From positions 81,406,001 to 81,470,000 of the forward strand of contig OX597826.1 in NCBI GenBank assembly GCA_951406725.2: a stretch of 64,000 nt of DNA. The letters are read 5' to 3'. Positions 11,065 to 23,419 of this stretch are shown in pieces (within the stretch, counting starts at the first letter, position 1; every line of letters starts with the position of its first letter). Below the pieces are notes generated by a model. It was not told where the DNA came from, made no database searches, and saw nothing but the letters and a program-made list of their open reading frames with translations. The position numbers and the translations under genes were made by a program. The DNA is from Octopus vulgaris. Its lineage: Eukaryota.

Positions 11065-11838
11065 TCAGAATGCACTCATATATAAGCTACAGATGCAACC
11101 ACTACAAAACTCATTGGATATTTTCAACTTGCAGCCAAGTACCGAATCTAACTACCTCGATGTATATTTAGAAATTAAGTCATGCCTCGCTACACCCTGT
11201 CGCCTTGAACACTTTTATCTCTGATGTGCCTACTACTTCATGTGTGATCAAGAAATAAATTGTTGTTGATTAACAAAAAGGAAAAAACGTTGCCTTCTGA
11301 TATTTCTCGTTACCTTCATGTAAAACATAACATTTATATATTTCAAACCTTCCGACACGTACACATCTAAATATAGTTTCTAACGAGGTAATCCCAGGTC
11401 TTAATCTTCCTCTTGTTATAGAGTTTTACAGGGATTGAACCCACTACTTCATGGTTGTGGTATATATTATAAATATATTGTATATATTAGTAACAAACAC
11501 AGACACAGCATTGTGGCATTGTATAGCGTGGAATACATTAATGAACATTGTACTCCAATCAAGATTGAATGGTATAACTTGAGGGAAATTTGACAGTTAT
11601 TTCTAGCAGATCATGCAAGTATGTAGAGGTTCCATTGCTCCTACGTCATTGTTTAGTCCAAGAGAAGCCATGGTTGACAAGCTCTGCCTATTCAGTGCTG
11701 GTCAATCCATAGTTGTTAAGAGAATAACTATGAAACTATCTCCCAGTATAATAATGAGCCTAGTACTTTTATATATCTTTGTCCGTTTTTCTGTCTCCAT
11801 TTTTTTTCTCCTTGTTTCTCTCGTTTTTTTCTGTGTCC

Positions 11839-11874
11839 CTTTCTGTAGAAGAGCATAGGCTCGAAACGTAAAAG
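11839..11874 (+). ncRNA. Duplicate copy of the hammerhead-like motif
   Basis: Identical to 1165-1200. Confidence 0.55.
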
Positions 11875-12355
11875 ACTTTTTCTATTCCTGAGCATTATAC
11901 TAATACATCTGTTTGTTTTGTACACCACCTGTCTTCGTCTTTTGTTTTTTTTTTTCGTAAACTCTCCCTATATACATATATATATATATATATATATTTA
12001 ATTTACGAAGGTGTCATAGATTAATCTTTGGTGAATTATTTTTCTCGTAAATTGTATCGAGATTCTTTTACACTGGTGGCTGCTGTGATTTCGGCGCGAA
12101 ACGAATCAGTTGCAGCACAGACTTCGGAACAATGGGTTGGGAATCTCTAATTATGGTAATGCGTGCTGAAGAAGTTAAGGCTTCTTTTGGCAGTGCAGAC
12201 ACGCGTCCACATGAGTCCAGATACTTAAATAGATAGTCTTAACCTGATTTTGCCTTCGTTTTGATTTCTGTAGTTTTCATCAAAGTATTTTTGGCGATTT
12301 AATAAGAGTTTTGACTCTTATTTCAAGCAGGTAGACATACTTAGTATGTCCTTTG

Positions 12356-12401
<46 letters not shown>

Positions 12402-12440
12402 TGTATGTATGAATGTATGTATATATATATATATATATAT

Positions 12441-14705
12441 CACCATCATCATCATCATCATTTAGCGTCCATTCTCCATGCTAGCACGGGTTGGACAGTT
12501 CAACCGGGGTCTGGGAAGCCAGAAGGCTGCATCAGGCCAAGTCTGATCTGGCAATGTTTCTACAGCTGGATGCCCTTCCTAACGCCAACCACTCCGCGAG
12601 TGTAGTGGGTGCTTTTTACGTGCCACCGGCCACGTTCGGTTGGTGCTTTTAACGTGCCACCGGCACGGAAGCCAGTCGATGCGGCACTGTCATCGGCCTC
12701 GTTCGGATGCTGCTTTTTATATGCCACCGGCCCAAGTATCACAACTACTATTTCCATTGATATTTATTTCGATGTTCATCTACTTGACTCAATAGGTTTC
12801 CTCAAGCACAGCGGGATGTTCTGGTATCGAAGGTACTTTGAATGGGCAGGGGCTATGCGGGACTGGTGCAGGAAGCAGCCCGGGCCTTTGCAGCGATCTC
12901 GGTCCTTCGTCATTGCCTGTGTGAGGCCGAACGCTCTGAGGTCATGCTTGACTACCTCATCCCATGTCTTCCTGGGTCTACCTCTCTCCCTGATACCTTC
13001 AACTGTTTGGCAGCGGCACTTCTTCACACATCTCTCCTCATCCATCCGCAGTACATGACCATACCATCGCAAGCGTCGCTCTTGCACACCACATCTGATG
13101 CTTCTTATGTCCAGCATTTCTCTCAGGGTGCTTACACTCGGTCGTGCGCGCACACTGACATTACACATCCAGCGGATCATGCTACCTTCATTTCTTTCAA
13201 GCCTACGCATGCCCTCTGCAGTCACAGCCCATGTTTCACTACCGTGAAGCATGGCAGTTTGCACACATGCATCGTACAATCTGCCTTTCACTCTGAGCGA
13301 GAGACCCTTTGTCGCCAGTAGGGGTAGGAGCTTTCTAAACTTTGCCCAGGCTATTCGTATTCTAGTGGTGACACTCTCTGAGCATCCCCCTCCACTACTA
13401 ACTTGGTCACCTAGGTAGCGGAAACTATCTACTACTTCTAGTTTTTTCCCCTGGAGTGTGATGGAATCTGTTTTCTGAGCATTTGTGGTGTCTATTGTCC
13501 CTGTGCATCTGCTGCACATGAAAGCTATCTTATCAGTTAATTTCCCTTTGATGTTGCTGCACCTCTTATGCGTCCATAGCTTACACTGGGTACATCTTAT
13601 GGAGTTTCTACCTACACCTTTCCTACATATCGAGCAGGGCCACCTGCCCGAGGGTGTGTGTGCTGAGTTCGCCTTTCTGCTTACTATAACTTTGGTCTTT
13701 GCTACATTTACTGTAAGGCCCTTTGATTCTAACCCTTGCTTCCACACCCGAAATTTCTTTTCTAGTTCCGGTAGTGATTCTGCTATGAGAGCCAGGTCAT
13801 CAGCATAGAGGAGCTCCCAGGGGCAACCTGTTTTGAATTCCTCTGTTATTGCCTGGAGGACTATGATGAATAAAAGGGGACTGAGGGCTGAGCCTTGGTG
13901 TACACCTACTTCTACCCGGAATTTTTCACTATATTCGTTGCCAATTCTAACCTTGCTGACAGCCTCTCTGTATAAGGCCTGTACAGCCCTTATTAGCCAT
14001 TTGTCAATCTCCAGTTTCCGCATCAACCACCAGATAAGGGATCGGTGGACCCTGTCAAAGGCTTTCTCCAAGTCCACAAAAGCTATGTAGAGGGGTTTAT
14101 CTTTAGCTAGGTACTTCTCCTGCAGTTGTCGGACCAAGAATATAGAATCAGTGGTGCTTCTACCTGGCACAAACCCGAACTGCATCTCATCTAAGCAAAT
14201 TCTCTCCCTAATGAGATGGGTTATGACCCTCTCTGTGACCTTCATCACCTGATCCAACAGTTTAATACCCCTGTAGTTATTTCTATCTAGAGCATCACCC
14301 TTACCCTTGTAGCAGTTGACTATGGTGCTGCTACGCCAGTCATTGGGTATGATTCCAATATGAACTACCTGGTTTACAATGCGGGTGACTAGGCCATAGC
14401 CCACATAACCAACTGTTTTAAGCATCTCAGCGGTGATTCCTGATGGGCCGGGGGCTTTACCTGGTTTCATACCCTTAATTGCCTTAACTACAAGGGAGCT
14501 GTCTATTCGGATAGCTGGTCCCTCTACTGGGTCAACATTTGGCAGGCTCTCCTCCTCCCATTCATTCTCCACATTCAGCAGTCTTTCATAATGGCTTCTC
14601 CAAGCCTCTTTCTTTTCACCAACATTAAAAGCAAGTGCCCCGTCATCCATGCGGACACATTTCTCTCCTGTAACATCACTATTTTCTCTCACACACTATT
14701 TTCTC
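12441..14705 (-). mobile_element. Duplicate 5'-truncated RTE-PHD LINE; open frame 14692-12776
   Basis: Same boundaries as 1767-4031; 9 amino-acid differences in 638. Confidence 0.95.
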
Positions 14706-14934
14706 CGTCACAACATAGGAATGAGAAAGGAAAGGGTGACAGCTGAATGACAAAGGAAGGGGTGAAAGAGTGTGTGTGTGTGTGTGCAATGGCCATGTCC
14801 ATTGTTTAATGCTGTGTAAAAAGTTACCTGTTTCACTAATTATCTCGCAACTTAATTTTTAATTACTTTTTAATATTACCATATTGAACGATTTACGGCA
14901 AATTTTGTTTTTCTATTTACGAAAATATTTCTTC

Positions 14935-15039
14935 GGATTCTGTTACTTCCGCCCAGAATCTACCAAAATCATTTCCAGCCAAGAACTTTCTCTCGTCTGA
15001 ATCGAATTTATCCAAGAAATTATAAAGCTACGAGGAAAA
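14935..15039 (+). promoter_or_regulatory. Putative core promoter and non-coding exon 1 of ZNF-B (donor at 15040, acceptor ends 17441)
   Basis: Identical to 4261-4365. Confidence 0.65.
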
Positions 15040-16235
15040 GTAAGTATTTATAGTGTTTAAATGGATATAAAATATTTTGAGGACGGATCTTCGGAATAAC
15101 TCTTTGGGGCAATGAAAAGAGCAAAGAATCGGGAAGGTTTTTGTCTTCGTCATTTCAATATTTTACGATTCTCCGCCAAAATTTCGATCAGAATCAGAAT
15201 TTCCTTTCTATCAAACACAGAAATACGAGGAAAAAGTGCGCTGGCTTTCGAGATAGCTGTCGCAAATAAAAGGGAATTGCTCAGAGATTTCTTTTTTTTA
15301 GCATTTTTCACCATTTTATAGAATCTCATTTGGCAAAACAAGATATTAATCGCCTTCTTAAAAAACGAAAAAAGAAAAGAAATTGAGTATCTTTGCTTCT
15401 TTGGAAATGTCTCAGTCTCTCTGTCCCTCTCAGTTACGCCTTCCGAATAACTGCCACGATTCACAGGAATTAATTTCCTTCCCAATTTCTTCTGAAATAT
15501 TTACAATTCACATTAGAAATAATACAAAATAACGAAAACTACCAAATGCACCTCACACTTCATCGCACCTTTAACGATCTGTAGTCTATACTCGAGTAGA
15601 AGCCGATCCCCTATTTTGGGCAAAAACTTGGTAATTTTCCATGGATCCTGTATACAAGTTGACCCTAGTATTTGACGAGTAACATTTGTGGGTCCAGATG
15701 CAGTATAATCCTGTACGTAGAAGTAACTTTTTGTTTCATTTCTACTGTAGGCACAGGGCCCAATTTTTTGGGTGGGTGTCAGTCAATTAGATCGAACAAG
15801 TACGCAACTGGTATTTAATTTATCGACCCCGAAAGGATGAGAGGCAAAGTGGACCTCGGCGGAATTTGAACGTAGGACATAAAGACAGATGAAATGCTTA
15901 TTTCTTTCCTATCCACAAGGGGCTAAACACAGAGGGGACAAACAAGGACAGACGAACGGATTAAGTCGAGTATATCGACTCCAGTGCGTAACTGGTACAT
16001 ATTTAATCGACCCTGAAAGGATGAAAGGCAAAGTGGACCTCGGCGGAATTTGAACTCAGAACGTAGCGGCAGACGAAATAGGGCTAAGCATTTAGTGCTA
16101 ACGTTTCTGCCAGCTGGCCGTCTTGTACGTAGAAATAACTTAGAAAACTATGTATCCTGCTTTTAGGTGGAATGCTTGGTGCTTATAATGGAATGTTCAG
16201 TGCACCATTTAATAGAGTACACTACACACAAGTGA

Positions 16236-16733
16236 AGGAAAACTGCAAACAAGAGAAATAATATCCTTAAGGTTATAAACCTGGAAGATTACAGGACAAG
16301 TTATTACCCCTAAAAATAGTTGAGGACAGCTTATTACAGAACAGGACAATTTTTACTTAAAATATTGCAGCCAAGGATAAAATTTCAAATAAAATATTTA
16401 GAATTCGAAATTTGCCTACCATATATACTATTCTATTTTGCATAAAACTTTAGCTATATTGATACTTCTGGCTCTCATTTTTTAAATATTCTAGTGTGTC
16501 AGTATTTTAACAAAATAATGATACCTCTTTTAATTATAATGTAAATTAAAATCAAATAATTTTAAATTTTCAAATTTTATCCTTAGCTGCAATATTTTAA
16601 GTAAATATTTTCTTGCTCTGTATTTTACCAGATGTAATAACCTGTTCTGAACTTTTCCAAGTGAAATAACTTGTCCTGCAATTTTCCAGGTTTATAATCT
16701 TAAGAATATTATTTCTCTTGCTCAAATTTTCCC
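16236..16733. mobile_element. Duplicate foldback/MITE-like element in ZNF-B intron 1
   Basis: Matches 5563-6060. Confidence 0.85.
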
Positions 16734-17260
16734 ATGTAATCCACGTTTTTTCCATGCTGTGCTGTTATGCTAATTAATAACGTGTCAATTAGTGGTGTCG
16801 TTGATAATTTTTCCTTACCCCAATAACATCGGTGACGTATATTAAAAGTCCCCTTATAGGACTATATTCATAGAAAGTATAGAACTATACTATCACCCTC
16901 AAATTGCAGAAACAAACACTCATTACCTTTTTCTTTTAAAACTTCATTGCATGAGATTGATACCTTGGAAGCTCCTTGAATCGATCTCTATCAATTAAGC
17001 CTAATTAAAATATAGTCTGTTTATAAAATTTAATAGTTAATTATACTATAGTGTTGCGATAAGTTTTGATGTAAACTTTTTTCTACTGGATCAAATCTCA
17101 ATGATTTTTATGCCAAGATGTAGCTAGGGACCAGCCCTCTTCAAAAATGGTAACAGTTTTCAATTCAGTTAAGAACCGAATTAGCGACAAGCTCTGAAAA
17201 ATGCTGCATGGGAGCAAACTGTGGCCTTCCCAATATTATTCAATTACTACTGTAGTTGAA

Positions 17261-17297
<37 letters not shown>

Positions 17298-17832
17298 TAT
17301 ATGCACAGTATTATAGAGATACGCTGGAGGAGTTCATTCGTTCTAGTCAAGGTTTCACTTGTACAATTTATAAGTATAGCAATAACATTGATGCTGTTTA
17401 TGTATCCTTGAAAGCTTATACTGTTTTCCTTCTTATTTCAGAATCAAAGCTGGAACTGGCATCAACATTTTTGTTTATCATACAACAGAAGCATCAACAA
17501 TATTTATCATCTTTTAAAGACAAAAAATGTTATCCTGAACAAATATGACCATTTTCACATAAATTTAATGAATGATGTTTGAAAGATTTCCCCTGGGTAA
17601 GATTATTAGCAACAGTTGTGTGTGTCATGAGTACAATACAATTCTGCATTGAAAATATATGAAGATCAATTTATGAAGCACTTTGCATCCAGATGATGGA
17701 CTTGTAGCAGAAGGAATGTTTGTTAGAAATAAATTATAGAAAGGAAAACAGCAAACATAATATATTGTGGTGAGAGAAGGAAGAATTATTATTCAATGAA
17801 ATAAACAACTGTTATTTCTTGGTTCTAAAAAG

Positions 17833-19026
17833 ATGGCAAAAAGCTTAGCAAAGTCTTCTTACGAATGTGATGTCTGTAAAAAGTCATTAACTTCAAGAAG
17901 TAATTTAACTGCTCATATCCGTATTCATACAGGAGAGAAACCATTTCACTGTGATTTCTGCGGAAAAAGGTTTACTAGAAAAGGTGAGTTGCCTGTTCAT
18001 GTACGGGTTCATACGGGAGAGAAACCATATCAGTGTGATATCTGTGGACAATCATTCACTCGTAAAGATATTTTAACTACACACAGACGTATTCACACAG
18101 GAGAGAAACCATATCAGTGTGATATGTGCAGTAAATCATTCGCTAAAAGTACCAACTTAACTGATCACAAACGCATTCATACTGGAGAAAAACCATATCA
18201 TTGTGATATCTGCGGTAAATCATTCAATCAAAATAATCAGTTAATTAAACACATACGAATTCATACAGGAGAAAAACCCTATCACTGTGATATCTGTGAC
18301 AAATCTTTCTCTCGAAATGATGAGTTAACTACACACAAACTTAGTCATACAGGTGAGAAACCTTACAGGTGTGATATCTGTGGTAAATCATTCCCTGTAA
18401 ATAATGCCTTGACTGTACACAAACGTATTCATACCGGAGAAAAACGATTTATTTGTGATATTTGTGGTAAAGCTTTTCTTAAAAGTCGTGATTTAGAGGA
18501 TCATAAAAGCATTCATACTGGAGGAAAACTATATCGTTGTGATATTTGTGGTAAAGCATTTACACATAGGCCTGCTGTAAATGTACATAAACGCATTCAT
18601 ACAAGAGAAAAACCGTATCATTGTGATATCTGTGGTACATCCTTCTCTCAGCGTACTGCTGTAACTGTCCATAAACGTGTTCATACTGGAGAAAAGCCAT
18701 ATCACTGTGATATCTGTGGTAAATCATTTATTCAGAGTAACGATTTAAAGGGACATATACGTATTCATACTGGAGAAAAACCATATCAGTGTGATATCTG
18801 TGGTAAATCTTTCTCTCAAAGTACTGCTGTAACTGTACATAAACGTGTTCATACCAGAGAAACACCATATCATTGTGATATCTGTGGTAAATCATTCTCT
18901 TACAGTAACCTATTAACTAAGCACAAATGTATTCATATGGCAGAAAATTCATATCGGTGTAATGTCTGTGGTGAGTCCTTCTCTCAACAGGAGGATTTAG
19001 CCAATCATGTCTGTGTTATTCCATGA
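17833..19026 (+). CDS. ZNF-B: poly-C2H2 zinc-finger protein, 397 aa, 13 canonical fingers plus 1 degenerate finger
   Basis: Intact ORF of tandem C2H2 fingers with TGEKP linkers and the same leader as ZNF-A. Confidence 0.95.
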   Translation: MAKSLAKSSYECDVCKKSLTSRSNLTAHIRIHTGEKPFHCDFCGKRFTRKGELPVHVRVHTGEKPYQCDICGQSFTRKDILTTHRRIHTGEKPYQCDMCSKSFAKSTNLTDHKRIHTGEKPYHCDICGKSFNQNNQLIKHIRIHTGEKPYHCDICDKSFSRNDELTTHKLSHTGEKPYRCDICGKSFPVNNALTVHKRIHTGEKRFICDICGKAFLKSRDLEDHKSIHTGGKLYRCDICGKAFTHRPAVNVHKRIHTREKPYHCDICGTSFSQRTAVTVHKRVHTGEKPYHCDICGKSFIQSNDLKGHIRIHTGEKPYQCDICGKSFSQSTAVTVHKRVHTRETPYHCDICGKSFSYSNLLTKHKCIHMAENSYRCNVCGESFSQQEDLANHVCVIP

Positions 19027-19255
19027 GAGAAAGAATTTCCTTGTGGCGGGTAAGAGACATCTCTCAACTGTCATAAACAAATCATAAAATATAGCATTTC
19101 ATCACAGTATACTCTAAGACAGAAGTGTATCATGTGCTTGTCTATCTGGATTGTGTATGTTATATGTATATATACTTTCAAAAGGAGGATTTAGCCAATC
19201 ATGTCTGTGTTATTCCATGAGAGAAAGAATTTCCTTGTGGCGGGTAAGAGACTGA
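18989..19255 (+). repeat. Local duplication (period 194 bp) of the ZNF-B stop-codon region
   Basis: aggaggatttagccaatcatgtctgtgttattccatgagagaaagaatttccttgtggcgggtaagagac occurs at 18989 and 19183. Confidence 0.9.
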
Positions 19256-20977
19256 GAAATCTCTCAACTGTAAGCATTCATACCTATGTATGATACTAAG
19301 TAAGAAGGAACAAACAATTCATAAAATATAGTATTTCGTCATACTACAATAGGACAGAAGTATGTGATGTACTTATATATCTGGATTGTGGGTACACTTT
19401 CTCTGTATGTTGTGTATATTCTTTCAGGTGTACTATCTTGATTATTGGTTTATCCTTATTGTATTTTATCAAGAGACCAATTCTGTTGTTGGTAATGTCT
19501 GTAATTTAAACTATGGCATGGTTCCTTCAGGTGTTTATGGTGAAAACTAATGTTAATTTGTCATTGTCGTATTAAACTTTGCATAAAAACGAAATTGGTG
19601 GAGCAATTTTTTTGAATTATCATCATCAGTGATTTTTCTATGTCCATTGACGATGCTGGAATGTGTTGGACCACTTCATCATCATCATCAGTTCTGGATG
19701 ATGATTTTTATCTCAAGCATTTTGTCATTTCAAGTGTGAATTCCAGAGTTCTCACTGCAACAGTCTCTTTGTATTTTCATATTAATTTGAACTCTAAATA
19801 AAAATGGTTTACTCTGAAATTATTCTCTTTTTATTTTTCAATAAGCAAGTGTTGTTTGCACGTTTTCTAAACTGGTTTTCACCGACTGTTTACTTTAAAG
19901 CCATTTAATTTATTGACACTGTTTGATACAAGATGTGATCTGATGTTACAAGGAAGTGAATGAGATGTAAATAATTGGATGATATTGTAGATGAAATGGT
20001 GATGACGGTGGCTTTGTAGTGGTGATGCAGTGAGTTGGTTGATGAGAGCCAAGTGAGAGGCTGTCTAAGGACAAGATATTTCCCCATTCTCAGATAATAT
20101 TGGTTTCAAATTTTGGCACAATGCCAGCAAATCCAGGGGAGTGGGGTAAGTTAGATTACGTTGAGGCCAGAGTTCAACTGGTACTTTTCTTATTGACCTG
20201 AAATGATGAGAGCAAAGTTGACTTTGGTGGAGATTGAACCCTGAACATAAAGGCAGATGAAATGTTGCTGAGCATTTCATCTGATGTACTTATCATTCTG
20301 CCAGGTCACAGCCTTCAAATATTGTCAGATAATATTAAAATGTTTTCTGAACCCCAGATCCTGTTGCTGGTGTTTCTTGTTAGTTTTGATACATGTTGCT
20401 TCACCACTGAAACAAAATCTTTTGAAAGAAGCTCTCATCTTCATTATATAGAACTAACATGTCCACCAGAAATGGTTTACTTGGAACTGAAGTGCTTGCA
20501 AAAGTTGCATTTTATAAGCATAGAATCACAGATTACTTTGCAAAACTTCATGAATTGTTGAATGTGGTACACTTAACTGTGTACTTGCTATACGAATGGT
20601 CTTTGTAGTACTATGATGAATTTGCTGAAAGTATTCCATAGAGGTTTTTGGTCACACGGGCCTTGTTTTCTGTAAGATTAGCCAAGTACGGTAAGACGTC
20701 TCCTACTATCCCTCGGTTATACTCTAAGCTCTCACCTAGCACACAGCTTCTTCCTTTTGTTCTGTTCCTTCACCCAGCTGAGAGGTCTTTGTTTTGCAAT
20801 ATACTTGGTAACTCCACTAGTGTTGGTGCCACATAAGAAGCATGCAGTATGCTTTGTAAAGTGGTTGATGTTAAGAAGGGCATCCAGCTATAGAAACCTG
20901 GATCATACCTGATGCAGCTCCTCTCAAACCATCCAACCAATGTCAAAAAGGGAGACACCTGTTAAATGATGATGACT

Positions 20978-21139
20978 TGTGGTTTCTATAAACTTTTTAT
21001 GCCAGGCACTGATGCTTACATGAGTTGGTGGTTCTTTTCCATTCTTCATAGAAGAATTCCTCCAAACCTGAGTGCCTGATTCGTTCTCTATGAACCAGGA
21101 TAAAGATTGCACTTTCTCTTGTGGTGGTATCACTTTCAT
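20978..21139 (-). mobile_element. Tc1/mariner-superfamily transposase N-terminal (HTH, DUF4817-like) relic
   Basis: PQEKVQSLSWFIENESGTQVWRNSSMKNGKEPPTHVSISAWHKKFIET resembles the PQEKAQCV.WF.E..S..QVQR.FR..YG..PP....I..W..KF.ETG pattern. Recognised from memory. Confidence 0.65.
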
Positions 21140-21605
21140 TACAAGTCAGAGATAATAATAAACACCTTTAAAAAACAAAAGCAAATGATGGAAATACTAA
21201 AACAATGTACATATATTAAAACTTTGAATAATATTTAACATGCAAAGAAGTTGCTTGATGGATCTCAGCTTCAATAGATTCAATAAATTGTGGAAGTTGT
21301 AACGATAATCTATGGCTACCATTGCATATCTGGATTGAAACGTACAGTTTTTTTTATATGTTTTGTGCATTCTTTGAGGTATTCTTATGCAGATTTTTGT
21401 TGATATTGTTTCCTATTTGTTCAGTTGAGAGACAAATTCTTTTGTTGGTGACATTTCATGCATGGCATGGTTCCTTCATGACTTCATGCTGAACCTTAAG
21501 TATTACTTTCAACATGTGGGCTTTAGCTTCATGTCAAGACAAAATTGGTGGAGAGTAATATATGAATTACCAACATTAATGTTTTTTATGTCCATTGCCC
21601 AATGG

Positions 21606-21714
21606 GTGGAAGAGGAAGAGGCAAGCATGAGAAGTGGAAGAGGAAGAGGCAAGCATGAGAAGTGGAAGAGAAAGAGGCAAGCATGAGAAGTGGAAGAGGA
21701 AGAGGTAAGCATGA
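21606..21714. repeat. 28-bp minisatellite, ~4 copies
   Basis: Unit gtggaagaggaagaggcaagcatgagaa. Confidence 0.95.
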
Positions 21715-21849
21715 TGCATGAGAGGTGCAGAGAGATCACTTCCAGGACTCAGTTTTTCTGAGGTGGGAGATTCTTATTGAGAACCTCATATTGCCAGAAA
21801 CCCCAGTCCTATCAGGCACAGGATCGTAAGGATTAAATTTCATTCAATG

Positions 21850-22152
21850 TGCTCCTAGATCTTCCTTTTCCCCTGGTTCCAGGTTCCAGTTACATCAATG
21901 GTACTTTACACAGTTGTCTTCATATGCATCACCTGTCCATACCAGGCTTCTTTCTTCAACACAACATCTCATTCCTGTTATAACCAGTTTTTCACTCAGT
22001 GCCTTTCCACAAATTCTTTCAAACACATCCACTCGTGCAGACTTGCTCCGTTTCTTTCCAACCTTCTCAAATTTTCTGCATTTGAGACCCGTGTCTCATT
22101 GCCCTGCATCATTGCAGTTCTAACACAAGCATCATAAGACCAACCATTCACC
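21850..22152 (-). mobile_element. Old RTE LINE C-terminal relic
   Basis: YDACVRTAMMQGNETRVSNAENLRRLERN. Inverted homologue of 29705-29960. Confidence 0.75.
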
Positions 22153-22517
22153 ATTCGGAAAAAGACTGTGGGCGGCAATGGACATCCATGCCTGCGGCAG
22201 CCGGATCTGCTCAAGCTTTCTTGAGGGGTCGATGGTCTAAAATGTTTGGCAATCCCTGGCTTAGAGCATGGAATTTATTTACCCAAACAGAGTTGTTAGA
22301 ACAGAATTAAGTGTATTGTAAAAATAAGGGAGCAAGTTTTGCTGATGGCCTCTTACCGTTTTGCAAATAGATGCACATATGATGCATTTCTCAGCTGATG
22401 AAGATAAGCTCTCCATATATTAAGGGACGATTCCATCTTCAGAGAGGAAGGAATAAAGGGAGATCCTTAGCAAATTTATAGTAGAGGATATTTTGGAGAT
22501 ATATATATATATATATA

Positions 22518-22733
22518 ATCTTTTCTACTCTAGGTACAAGGCCTGAAATTTTGGGTGGTGGGGCAGTCAATTAGATCAACCGCAGTATACAGCTGGTACT
22601 TAATTTATCGACCCCAAGAGATGAAAGGTAAACTTAACTTTGGCGAAATTTGAACTTAGAAAGTAAAGACGGACAAAATACCACTCCGTATTTTGCCCGG
22701 TGTGCAAATGATTCTGCCAGCTCCCCCTGCCTT
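22518..22733 (-). mobile_element. tRNA-derived SINE monomer (other copies ~23010-23210 +, 24112-24320 -, 25668-25880 +, 61802-62015 -)
   Basis: Head ggcaggggagctggcagaatc, B-box-like gttcaaattt, body ggggtcgataaattaagtaccag, tail agagtagaaaagat. Confidence 0.8.
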
Positions 22734-23419
22734 AGATAAATATATATATTGGTGGTGGTGGTGGTGGTGGTGGTGGCGGCGGCGCTGTTCTTTGTGGTGG
22801 TCACCAACAATGATGACAAAAGCTGCCTGCTTCAGGTTTTTTTTTATGATAAATAAACTGCTTTTATCAACTTGAAATTTGGAACTAAAATACAAAGAAA
22901 ATGAAATGAAAGATAAGAAAGAAAGAAAGAAAGATTGTTTTGTTTGCTGGGTTTTGTTTAGGAAGTTATTATTTTGCCTTGAGGTGTCTGGATTTCACCT
23001 GTCACATGTCAGAATCAGTAGAGCATCAAAAGAAATGCCTTGTAGCATTTCTTCCTGCTTGCTATGTTCTGAGTTCAAATCCCACCAAAGTCAGCTTTCA
23101 TCCTTCCAGGGTCAATAAATAAAGTACCAGTCATTTACTGGGGTGTCGATGGTATCAACTTTCCCTTCCCCTTAAAATTGCTGCCCTTGTGCTGAACATA
23201 GAACTGTTATGAGTTGAAATGGCAGAATGGTTCCATTCAAAGTGATTTGAGATTTGAAATTTCTGAGAACTTTGGCTGCAAGGATTGTACCTTGAGAAAG
23301 TTTGCTAAAGCCATTTCTTTTCCATTTAGAATATGGTTCCACATTGAAGTGGAACTGCTGCACTGGAACTAACAGTTTTATTTCATTTGCCATTTAATAA
23401 AACATCTGTGCTGGCACTT

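Larger units (their letters stand above)
10047..20343 (+). repeat. Tandem segmental duplication, unit 2
   Basis: Same order of elements as unit 1: RTE relic, hammerhead motif, RTE-PHD LINE, ZNF exon 1, dimeric SINE, foldback, ZNF CDS, 3' flank. Duplicated ORF pairs appear in the ORF track (940/11613, 2102/12776, 4475/15150). Confidence 0.95.
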
